Under the pieces are notes generated by a model, which saw only the letters and a list, made by a program, of their open reading frames with translations, did no database searches and had not been told where the DNA came from. A DNA stretch of 64,000 nt from the human T2T-CHM13v2.0 reference genome, Homo sapiens: the NCBI RefSeq assembly GCF_009914755.1, contig NC_060931.1; one strand, written 5' to 3'. Shown piece after piece: positions 44,545 through 55,879 of this stretch (within the stretch, counting starts at the first letter, position 1; every line of letters starts with the position of its first letter). The position numbers and the translations under genes were made by a program.

Positions 44545-47504
44545 GTTTTTGTTTTAAAAGATACTATGTTTGTGAAAGTAACTAAGTTATCATTTCTTTC
44601 CTATTTCCTTAAAAGATGAAACTATGCAAAAGATGTTTTAAAATGGTCTCGAATAAAAAGAGATTGTGAAATTTCTTTGGAAATCAGTGCTTTCCAATTA
44701 TGTGTCTTTTGGGAGTAATAGCAAAATTTAGGCATAATCTTATTCCCAATACAAAAATCAAGTATTTTTAGAATTGTGGGAAATTTAAAACATTTGATTA
44801 CACTCTTCAATAGTTGAAAATAATCTCAGAAATACGTGAATTTAATATAAAAGAGAAGTCCAAGAATAATACATAATTTTACATTGTATTTTCAAAATTG
44901 CATATTCATAATTAATAAAATATCCCTTTAATTTAAAAGGGGGAATCATTTTTTAAAAGAAAATCCATCTCAATGTTATAAACATATCTGTTGTATAAAG
45001 GGTTAAAAAACCCCTAAGCTTTAATTTGTAATCTCATTTGTTTTAATGTGGCTTTTGCATCTCTAGATCTTGATTTAATTGCAACTTGTGCCACTTCACG
45101 GGCAATTTGCCTGGATAATGCCTGCCCCCACTTCCCCTCCCATTAGCTGAGGGGGTGACTTGGATTCGGACAGTCAGAAGTTATGCTCCATAGGGCGCCA
45201 GTTCCTTATGTCACTCTTCCTGCCTCCCTGCTACTACATTACTTATGGTTAGTTTCACGCTGAGCACATTTTATTCCACGTTAGTACCCAGTTATTTTTC
45301 AGGTGGCTTTGCAGAACAGATGTTCATAAGTGAGTTTCCATCTTTCTTCTTTTTCCTGAATATTTTTCACAAAAGACTCCCTTGCTTTTCTTCATTTAGT
45401 CCAGAAGGAAACAGAAAAAAGAAAGAAAAGAAAGACTCATCCTAATTATCCTAAAAAATTTGTTTCTTAGATATCTTCCTATATAATTAGTTCCCATCTA
45501 TTTCTCTTGCTATATACCTTTGTTGAAAAGAAATTTGCTTCATGGTTTTCTTATCTATTCCAATGCATAATTTTTTTTTGCCTGAAAATTATGTTTTTAT
45601 TTTAAAATTTGATATAGATGGCTATTACATAGCTCTGTCCGCATCATCTGCATATACTGCTTCTATTCCAGTTTTCATCCAGACCTAAGCCTGAGGTCAT
45701 GAGTTAATCTTCAAGAGAATTGGCTTCTTTATTCCCTTCCAACTCTTTCTGTTGCTCCTGTTTTAAAGTTTAAATGTCATATGTCCTCACATTTGCTCTT
45801 TGTGACTTGTCATCGGTGACTTGCATTCTGTCTGCGATTTTAACAAATTAAAAATAATCTTAAATTTCTCTCTGAAATCTGAAATCTATTCACTAGGGAG
45901 AGACACTGCAACCTTTGAAAGAAAATGAAAAGTTCTTCTCTTAGTTCTTCAAGAGTAAAATAGAAGCTTTTAGATCCAGAACCAATTAGATCTCTGGCCT
46001 TCCCTCTCTGTTGCTAATCTCGGCAAAAATCCCAGTGTACAATTAACTACACACATATTGATCCCCCAGGACATTACAGTTGGAGTCAATTGGGAGTTTT
46101 CAGGACTAAAAATCATTTACAAATCGAGGTTAAAACAAACAAACAACCACAACAAAAATAAACATTTGCAGAGTAACCACTTATTTCAAATATTTGTCAA
46201 TAGTTCATTCTATAGGTAAAAATTCTTATTTTGATAAGAGTTTTTTTTTTGAATCCTAGTCCACTTTTTATTTATTCCATATGCCCTTGAACTAAACTCT
46301 TGGCAAAAACTTTACAGATTGTAAGCCGGGTGGGGAGAAGACTGAGTGTTAAATCATGAGACAATTAAATTGATCAATTACAATTCAAATCATCTCTCTC
46401 TCTCTCTCTCCCTCCCTCTCTCTTTCTCACACAAAAGAATTTGTAAAAGCAGAATAAAAGGCTTCTAAATAGTTCCACAATAGTAGATTATAAACTTTAA
46501 TTATTCTTTCTCAAAAACTTCTTTAAAGGAAAGAGAAGTAGAAATCTTTCCCAAATGTATTACAAATTCAAAACCTCTATTACTACAGTATTTAGACATT
46601 TATCATTAATAATAGTAATCTTGAATCCTAGAGCTTCTTGTAACTTTAAAGTGCTGCTTTCTTTAATAGAAAGAAAGAAAGAAATCCCAATACCCCATAG
46701 CCCACCATTAAACCAAAGTCATTTCATACCTGCAACATGCCATCAGCCATCTCTTCCTGAGAAGGAGGGCAGCATGCTGCCAATCCATAGCTGTCATTCA
46801 CACACATGGCTCGTGGGCAAAGGGGGAGAAGAAGGGAGCCATTAGCCTGTAATTCTTAAAATTTACATCCTCTGTAATTTTCAGCAAAGGCTTTCCTTTT
46901 TTAGTATCTAAAATAGACTGAACCACCACTACCACAACCACTTCATGGCATTTTCCTAGAGTGAAAACAGACAGCCCAGTTAGGTATTTCAGGATCAAAA
47001 AAAAAAAAAGGGGGGTGATTTTGTTCTGCATCTCAACTTCCCTGTGACGGTCAAACAACAGAAATTCATTTATCCCATCTGCCTTCTTTAATGATCATGA
47101 ACAGTGACAGATCCCAGAGAGAATGTACAACACTTTCTGCTTTCCAATGCTCAGTGTCATTCTCTGTCAGAAAAAATTTACAAGTTGGCTTTCATGTTTG
47201 TAAAGTTCAATTCCCAGAATAGTAGGTTATAAATAGTGATTACCATAAAATACGCCACATCTAGATGTTGTTCCAAGAAAAAATATGGAACTGGATTTTG
47301 TTATTTCTTTTTCTGGAAATGCACAAATGTGACATAGCTGCTCCTCATTCCACTCCTTATTTTAGGGAGTTCACACATATGTAGATTATTTTACTTAAGA
47401 ATGGAAGAAAACAATTCATCAGCTGAATTTTCATATAGTAGGTATGAGTCCAAACATCCTCTCAGGAGTTCATTATCTTTTCACCCTGACATTTTAAAAC
47501 ACAA

Positions 47505-47670
47505 TGCAACAGGCTAGGAGAAACGAACTTTGAGTAGATGACCTGGGTTCTAAATTCTAGTTCTGATCAGGGGAGCTAGGATAAGGTGCATGGATCCCCT
47601 GAGCCTACATTTTCTCATTTTATAAATAAGGAGACTAAAACCAGTAATGTGTAAGTGCAAATTCTAATAG
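47505..47670 (+). mobile_element. MIR
   Basis: 'gacctgggttctaaattctagttctg...ctgagcctacattttctcattttataaa'. Confidence 0.7.
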
Positions 47671-47764
47671 CCTTGGATATATTTGAAGCTAATAAGAAAG
47701 ATGTTAGAGATAGCAGAATTGAGTTTTCACTTTGGAATTCTTCTAAGTTTTCTGTTCTATTCTG

Positions 47765-47945
47765 AATAGCTCAGGAAACACTGGACAAGCTGTTTGGGCT
47801 CTCTAGCCTTGGATTCCTCATTTGTAAGACAAAGAAGATAATCCTACCCTATTGCCCATGTTGGTGTGGGAATCCACAAAGAAGGACACGGCACTGTTCC
47901 AAGTCAAGGTAAGGTGTCTATGAATGGTGACCACTGTTATTATTT
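47765..47945 (+). mobile_element. MIR-like
   Basis: 'ggacaag...gccttggattcctcatttgtaa...gataatcctacc'. Confidence 0.6.
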
Positions 47946-48163
47946 CAGAAAATCAGTAATAATACCGAAAATTATGTTTCCCTCTCCTTAGCAATTGCCT
48001 TCTAGGAGAAGAGATCTTCTTTCTTTTCTAGTGTAATAAAGTATGATTTGTTACTCTATTGTTGTACCTATGTGACAAATGCATAGCAAACTCAGAAACA
48101 TTCATTATTGATGAAACAAGAGTCACATACATTAATCATAATAATAAAAGGAAAAGAGAAGTG

Positions 48164-48740
48164 TAGTCAGTTCTGCTGTAATCCAGCATATGTGTTTCTA
48201 TGCCAAATTACGCAATAAAAAACAAGCGGCTTAGGGGAGAAAAGAAGTTAGGAGAACAACACTCAGAAATTTCATTAGTGACACATGAAAGACTGGTAGT
48301 AATATAATGAAGATAGTAGCACAGTTAAATGCGTAAGGAATGCATAAATACTTCAATAAATATGCAACTTTACCTTAGAAATGAGGTGAGGCTGCTCTTG
48401 GAAGGGTTGTGACATGTAAGTTATTGTGGAGTCGTGGAAGGGGGTTATCTGAAATTGGAAGGAAAGTTCTAACACCAGATGTGGGTGTTTGTGGCTCATA
48501 ACATGTGTGATGAACTGAGGTAGCTGAGAGATAGTTGACTGTGTGCCTGTGTGCATTTTGTGTATTCCTGATGGGCTCAGTCCAGCCATGTGCAGCTTTC
48601 TGCCTTCTCTTGGTGTTTCTCGCTGACAAAATCAGGCATAATCACACATGAAATTTGCATTATGCTCAAATTGTTCCTTAATATATCAATTTCTTTGGAA
48701 CAAATTTGTTTTCAAAACAAGCATTATAGCAGAAATGACA
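48164..48740. mobile_element. TcMar-Tigger family DNA transposon (subfamily uncertain)
   Basis: Terminal inverted repeats gtcagttctgctgtaat / attatagcagaaatgac. Confidence 0.7.
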
Positions 48741-49976
48741 ATATGTAGATTTCCTCAAACGTATTCCTTATAAAGATTATGTATATATGTATATGTGCAT
48801 ATCTGTATATATAACATTGAAGATGAAAACATAAATAGAATTCACTGAATTATGATTTTCTTTGCTATGATCATAATAAAATTATTCATGGTTGAGTATC
48901 TTTGCATAATGCTGCATTTTTTCCAGCACATCAAAGGACATTATTTGTTTAAAAATGCCAAATACTAGAAAAAAAGAATACATCTTACAAAATCCTTATA
49001 AGCACTCTTTTGATTTAAACCTTTTTTCAAGTTTCATATGTGTCTCAATTTCCAGCTTCAGTGAAAACAAGAGAGAAGGTGGTGTGGAAGTACAGATACA
49101 GAAGAGAAGAGAATAGGGTAATGGAAATTCAGTTTAAAATGCAGACAAATCTGCCGTTTCTGCTTGATAGCCTGTAACATTTCCATGTAGTGCACTTTGC
49201 ATGGCAGAATAGCTACTAGTAATAGAATTCTCTCACAGTGGAGGTTAATTACTTTTCAGCTACAGCAAAATAAATTTCCTGTCAAGCTCATGGACAGGAC
49301 TATGCCAGTGTCCCCATTTTTACCTTCAGTTTTAATTCAATGTTAATATCTGACACTTGCTTGCATTTAGTGGGCTGTTCCTCTGAAGAGTCGGAGCCCC
49401 AAAGGAACACTGAGGGACTGTCAGTTATGTAGTATCAAAGTATGTGTTAAAAAAGTGGTTTGCCTCTCCCGCAGTGTACCATAAAGAAGATTAACTGACC
49501 TGCCTCTTACTAGAGAAAACAGGATGATCCTCCTGGCAATGTGGGAAGTGAAACGAAACACAAGACAAGGAACCAGGGAATTCCATCTTTCCCAGTCCAA
49601 AGGGCAGCAAACCCTGGATTTCTATTGCTTCTCACACCGATTGTAGGGAGGCTTTAAGAGTCATTCGTTTCCATCAATTTTCAATTTAATAAGGCCAAGC
49701 CCACTGCAAAAAAAAAATGCTGAACTTTATAGGATAATGTTTCAGCGGCTTCCCTTAATTATCCAGTTTGGTAGCTCAATTTTTCTCCCCCAGTGAAATA
49801 TCCTGTTTATGACCATCATCGTGTCCTATCATTGGGACAGGCACTATCACAGTCTCTTAATCTGTGCCAAATTTGGCAATCCTGAAGGACAGATGGAATA
49901 GGGAAATGATCCTACTTGACTTCCTACTGTATAGAAAACCCTGCTCAGGGAAACAGGAATAAAGAATCAGGAAGCA

Positions 49977-50285
49977 GGCTGGGCATGGGGGCTCACGCCT
50001 GTGATCCCATCATTTTAAGAGGCCGAGTGAGAGGATCACTTGAGCCCAGGAGTTTTAAGAGTAGCTGGACAAACTAGAGCGACCCATTCTCTACAATTTT
50101 TTTAAATGAGCTGGGCATGGTGTGGGGTGCCTGTGATCCCAGCTACTTAAGAGGCTGAGGTGGGAGGATCACTTGAGCCAAGGAAGTTAAGGCTGCAGTG
50201 AGTGGGCCATGATTGCACCACTACATTCCAACCTGGCAAACAGAGTGAGACCCTGTCTTTAAAAAAGTAGGGGAAAGAAAACAAA
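49977..50285 (+). mobile_element. AluJ
   Basis: 'gaggatcacttgagcc' in both arms; gaagca(g) occurs on both flanks. Confidence 0.9.
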
Positions 50286-51804
50286 GAAGCAGAGTGTACT
50301 CTGTTGAAAAGCCCAGACTTCATAGCTAAAATATTTGTGATTGTCAGTAAGAAAAGAACAGATATGAGAAGATATTTTCAAGTGTATTCTTCTTTCTACA
50401 ATACAGCTCTTCATTTTCAGAATTCCCCGCCCTGCATTCTCTTCCCATTAAAATCTTTTAGTTCGATATATCCGAGTAGTCAACACATAAAACCTATTCT
50501 GATTTGGCTAACCTCACTATCCTTTGAAATGCTATAGCGTTCTATCTTATTCTTTACTGTGACACTTATTATATTGTCTCGTATCACAGCTTTAGTTTTG
50601 GGTTTCATTTTATTTTTTATTTTTAGTTTACTGCATTTTCTAGCATGATGCCTTGCATCTAGTGAATCCTCAATGAGTTTGTTTTTTTTAATTGACTTTT
50701 CTTGATACATAATACTCTTCTAGTACAGAGGAAACTGGAGGAGGGGATGCTCCATGCATTAGAAGCTCTTTTATATCTTCAACACTTGATATTAAATTCA
50801 TTTGAAATTCAAGATTCCTGTAGAAAATGATATTTGACAGTGGATTTCTGAGTGTAAAAACAGTATAAGGCGATAAGTAAATATTTATGTATGTGTTTCT
50901 GGGGACTGGGAAGAAAATTACCAAGACCCATTTTACCCTTCCCAAGGTTGAAACCAAACTGAAAATATAATACCTGAGATAGAATAATGGAGATCAGATT
51001 ATCATTTTTACTAAGCATAAATGTGGCTGACATGCCACAGTTAAATCAAGCTCCCTAAAATTTCACCCCTGGACAACTTTATGCATTGTTTACAAGAGCA
51101 ATAGAAACCACTCAAGCAAAGTGCATGATGGCAGAGTAGATAAACTAGGTGGGCTTTGTGGACAGGGAATCCAAAAGGCTGAGGCCCACACATATAGGTT
51201 CTCCTCTAAACTCACCAACAAACACAGTTACTGCTTTCTGGCTGGTGCAGAAAGGTCTGGGGAGGGAAATGCTTTTCTCTAATAAGAACAGAGAAAAATG
51301 TCTTAGGACAGGATGAGTGGGGAGTTACCATTCCTGCCTGAGTCACTATGATGTCCATTTTTATTAACTGTCTTTGATGATGATAGAGAATGGTCTTTGC
51401 TATTAAGGGTAAGTATAATTTGGAATTGAATTTTTTCTTAGAAAAAAATAATAGCAAATGGAAAAACCTTAGTGAAAGTGAGGGAGAGCCCTACAGCCAG
51501 ATGGAAAGGGATCAGTCTTGGTCTATAACTGCATGTACTGGACAATGCCCAGCTGAAGGAAAAAAACTCTGACAAGCGACAGAAAAATGGAACACATTTC
51601 TGAGTATTCTTTTGCCTTGAAATTTTGTAATAATTGTTCAACCATTTGTTTAGTAGTCCAGAGAAATTGCTCATCTGACAGAGTTTCTGAACCTTGAAGA
51701 TAAAAGTCCTTCTCAGTCATTACATTTCTATTTGGAGTAGGGATGAAGCATGGAAAAGAAGAAATAATGTTAGAAAAATGTTCAAGTACCATTGAGGTAA
51801 AACA

Positions 51805-51859
51805 GTCTGTTATATATACATAACATAGTTATATGTATTCAAAAGTTGTAAACTCTGTT

Positions 51860-51890
<31 letters not shown>

Positions 51891-52020
51891 TATATATAAC
51901 AGTTGCAAACTCTGTTATATATACATAACAGTTGCAAACTCTGTTATACATACATAACAGTTACAAATGCTGTTATATATACATAACAGTTGCAAACTCT
52001 GTTATATATACATAACAGTT
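51805..52020. repeat. 29-bp minisatellite: four near-perfect units plus degenerate units
   Basis: Unit agttgcaaactctgttatatatacataac at 51901, 51930, 51959 and 51988. Confidence 0.95.
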
Positions 52021-52075
52021 ATATATATATAAAACTATACAATATATATTATATAATATCTATGTTATATATATA

Positions 52076-52368
52076 TAACTTTTTCTGTAAAGAGTCAGGA
52101 ATTATTTTAGGCTTTGTGGTCTATACTGTTTCTTTCCCAACTTCCTAACTCTTCTGTTATATCAGTAGCTTGAAAGCAGCCAAAGACGTAAATGAATGAG
52201 CATTGCTGTTCCAATAAAACTTTATTTATGGGCACTGATATTTGTAGTTTGCATAATTTTTATGTGCCACAAAGTATTATTATTCTTTTGAATTTTGTCA
52301 GCCATTCTCAGCTTGCAGGTGATAGAATGAGTTGGATTTGGTCTGTGGACCCTTGTTAGCAGACCTCC
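52076..52368 (+). mobile_element. MER58B (hAT-Charlie)
   Basis: 'aactttttctgtaaag', 'tgttccaataaaactttatttatgggcactga' and 'ggatttggtctgtgg'. Confidence 0.85.
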
Positions 52369-53129
52369 AAAACAAAGAGTTCACTGAAATTTGAATTCAA
52401 TCTTATCCTGAGTAAACCTAGAAAATAAACTTAGTAATTAGCAGTTGTCTACTCTATAATCTACAGCTTAAATTCTGAACCAAAACTCCTTCTCCACTAC
52501 TGTCAAAAAAAGTTTTGTAAAAGCCAGCGTCCATGAGATTTTTAAAAAACCTACAAAAGAAAAGAAGATGCAGATTATCCATTTTGATTCTTGCCAAACC
52601 AACATTTCATTGTATATTTGCACAGGTCTTAACCTAATGGATTTAGAATGGAAAGAAGTAAAGGTTGAGAAATTGTAGAACCTTAAGAATCAGTCTAATT
52701 TAGGGGTACAGGATAGGGACTTAGAATTCCTATGAGGGGTACCCAATTATACAGAAAAATGTTAAGCAGAGGTAAACTGATGTCATTTCTCTTCTCGCTT
52801 ATTTCATGAAAGAGCAAAGGAGTGAACTTCCACTAGACAGCTTCACTATGTTCTGTGGAAGATAAAACTGGAAGTTTCTCAGGGTGTAACTAGCTCAAGC
52901 TAAATTTATTCCAGAGCTTTCCATGGGTACCACCTGAACAGGAATGGCAGGGCAGGCAACTGTTATTCATTTAGAAGCTCAACATCCCCTTTTCCTTCTC
53001 TCTTTCCATGTCACAAAGCTGCTTTAATGTTCCCTAATCTTGATTTTCTTCTCTCCTTTTCCCCCTGCTTTCCCAGGTTTTGTTCTTCAAATTAATTACA
53101 GATTAATATGTAGTAGACACAGGACAATT

Positions 53130-53520
53130 TTAAATAAAGAGCAACATTGTATCTTCATTTCTTCCTTCTATTGCCCTTCTCATGGAATAAATGCTGCTGT
53201 TTGTGGTGTACACTGATACACATTTGAAGTATAAATATATACACAGAGTTATTTTAATTTTAATTATTTTTACAGTAATTACATTATCCTATATTTTTCT
53301 GTACTTTTTAAAAGCATATTTTACTGTTTTTTATGCTGATTTATTTAATGTCAGTTATGAATATATCATGGACACCTATCAAAGTCAGTACACAGTTACA
53401 TTTTTTTTGGTTTTATTTTTTCCCTGCATAGATTTTCATGGCTATGGATAAAATATTATGTATGTAGTCTGCCTCTAGTGGGTAAGCTAGGAGAAGATTT
53501 CCACTTTTTCTTTTTCCCTT
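53130..53520 (-). mobile_element. Possible L1ME 3' fragments
   Basis: Degenerate text 'ttatttaatgtcagttat' and 'ctgcatagattttcatgg'. Confidence 0.35.
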
Positions 53521-54649
53521 ATTTAAAAAAATACATGCATACTGAGGAAGTTAGACTATACGGTCTATACCGTTATTTCCATATCTAAATTTCTGCGATT
53601 CTCTGAATGCATTTCCGCTGCATTTTGCCAGGTGCTCTACCAAGAGTAGAGAGAGGAACTGTACTGTAAGCCAGTTTTTTTTTAAAAAAAGAAAACTAAG
53701 GAAGGAAGAAAATGCCTATAAAATATGATATGATAGTTATAATAATAAAATAATTATCTGTAAAATATTTTATAATAAATTTAGGTTTTGTGTTCTGGTT
53801 ATTCAAAAATCTAAATAATTAATAAAAAAGTAATAAATTAACTAAAATGTATGTTAGAGAGGAATATAATTTTAATGTTATTCAATCACATATTTGATTT
53901 TTTAAAGGAAAATCATTATTTAAAAATTTTACAAGAAACTTCAGTCTCTCCCTAATTCTTGCTGGTTAGAAGGTTATTGTGCTAAATGGAGAAGGAAAGG
54001 TAGCAAAATGTTAACACATTTAAATGGCCTCTAAACTTAACTCTTTACCAATATATATAGGCTGAAGTTTAAAGTGCATATAGGAGCCTCTAAATGGCTC
54101 AGATTCTGTGTCCCTGGGCAGAAAATCCCATATAATAAGGCCAAAGCAGTTACTGGAAAAGAAAGTTGTGGTTTTAATGCACTGTTACTCTGCTCATAAT
54201 TTATCTAGGGTTTGTAATTTGCAGATGGTCTGCTGTTCACCTCATTCATCACAGTGCGACACCAAGGAGAGGAAAGCTGTACACACAAAAATTAAAAATC
54301 GATTTGTTGCCCTTGGCATGCTTTCATTTCTTGTTCAACTCAGATTGTGTGTTTACCACTTACTGGTTTATTTTGAACTCCACAAAAGAAAAATGAGTCT
54401 GTTTGGTTCATCTCCTCCTATAGAAATGGACTCTCTGGTCATCTCTAGGTTTCCCTTCTCATTTTGCATCCTTATTAATGATACTAAAATGTAGAATTGC
54501 TGTGGGCTGAAAAGATCACAAGACTTCTGCCATATTTCCTATTTCACGCTTCTGTTGAAAGCATTTACTCTTTTTCAGGAATTATTTGAAGTACATGTAA
54601 CAACCAACATTTCTTTCACACTCTTGCCAATAATTTGCTACAGAGAGGT

Positions 54650-55190
54650 GGAATGCTATAGTATTTAAAAGCTCAGACTCTGAAGACAGATTAGCTGAAT
54701 TCAAATCTAAACTCTACCAACTTTATATGAGTGGCCTTGAGCAAGTTACTTAATTCAGACTATCCATACCAGGCATGGTGGCTCATGCCTGTAATCCCAC
54801 CACTTTAGGAGGCCAAGGCGGGCAGATCACCTGAGGTCAGAATTTTGAGACCATCCTGGCCAATGTGTTGAAATCCCATCTCTACAAAAAATACAAAAAG
54901 TAGCTGGGCATGGTGACTCATGCCTATAATTCCAGCTACTCTGAAGCTGAGGCATGATAATCATTTGAACCTGGCAGGCGGAGATTGCAGTGACCTATCT
55001 GCCTGGGTGACAGAGCAAGACTCCACCTCAAAAAAAAAAAAAAAAAAAGACTAACCAGGCCTAACTTTATAAAGGGGTATAATAATAGTGCCCCTACATC
55101 TTAAAGGCAGCTAGGGGATTAGGAGAGTCATTACTTATAATACTTAGGATACCTCCTGTCACACACCATGAAACTGATAACAATGATTAT
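54650..55190 (+). mobile_element. MIR split by an Alu
   Basis: 'tgaattcaaatctaaactctacca...ccttgagcaagttacttaa' before the Alu and 'ggggtataataatagtgcc' after it. Confidence 0.75.
54769..55048 (+). mobile_element. AluS (Sx/Sz-like) with a right-arm deletion
   Basis: 'gatcacctgaggtcag'; A tail; flanks agacta(t/a)cca. Confidence 0.92.
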
Positions 55191-55212
55191 ACATTTTCAG
55201 AGGCTTTGGTTA

Positions 55213-55598
55213 CTTCATTCGGACTGAATCTTTGTGCACCCTCTCCCTTCATAAGCTGAAGCCCTAACCCTTGTATGTGGCTGTATTTGGAGATGGGGCC
55301 TCTAAGAAAGTAATCAAGGTTAAATGAGGTCCTAAAGATGGGGCTTTGATCTGATAGGTTTGATGTCCTTATAAGAAGAGTCACTCTCTCCATGAGCACT
55401 GTGTCTCAAGAAAGGCCACTAAGCACACAGCAAAAACGCAACTGTCTGCAACTTAATAGGAGAGCCCTCGCTCGACACCAGTCATGCTGGCACCTTAATC
55501 TTGGGCTTCCAATCTCCAGTACTGTTAAAAAATAAAATTATACTGTTTAAGCCACTAGTCTATGGCATATTCTTAGGGCAGCCTGAGCTAATGAATAT
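55213..55598 (+). mobile_element. MLT1A solo LTR
   Basis: 'gtggctgtatttggagatggggcctctaag..aggttaaatgaggtc'; ends 'ggcagcctgagctaa'. Confidence 0.85.
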
Positions 55599-55879
55599 AT
55601 GACCTTCAATTTGTAATATAATTTATAAAATTAGCTGAAAATATTTATTTTACTCAATGAGATTTTTGTTTCAGGGTTTTATCTTCTATATATTTTTTAA
55701 AAATTTCATTTTTCCCCAGTAAGAATAGTTTTTGTGCTTACCTAAATTTCTAATTAAGGTAATTCTTAAAAAGACCCAACAGAACCCAAAAGAAAAACCT
55801 TATTAACCCAACAGAAAAAGGTGCCTTAAAATTAGGCAAAAAGGTAAGCAAAGCCTGTACGCTCAAAATAAAAGGAAAC

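Noticed and set aside
45185-45202. CTCF-like motif ccatagggcgcc (also ctgcctctagtggg at ~53469)
   Set aside because: Both have wrong spacing relative to the CTCF core, so they are unsupported without ChIP data.
51805-52020. CRISPR-like array (29-bp palindromic repeats)
   Set aside because: Units are contiguous with no unique spacers, there are no cas genes, and the context is a mammalian genome.
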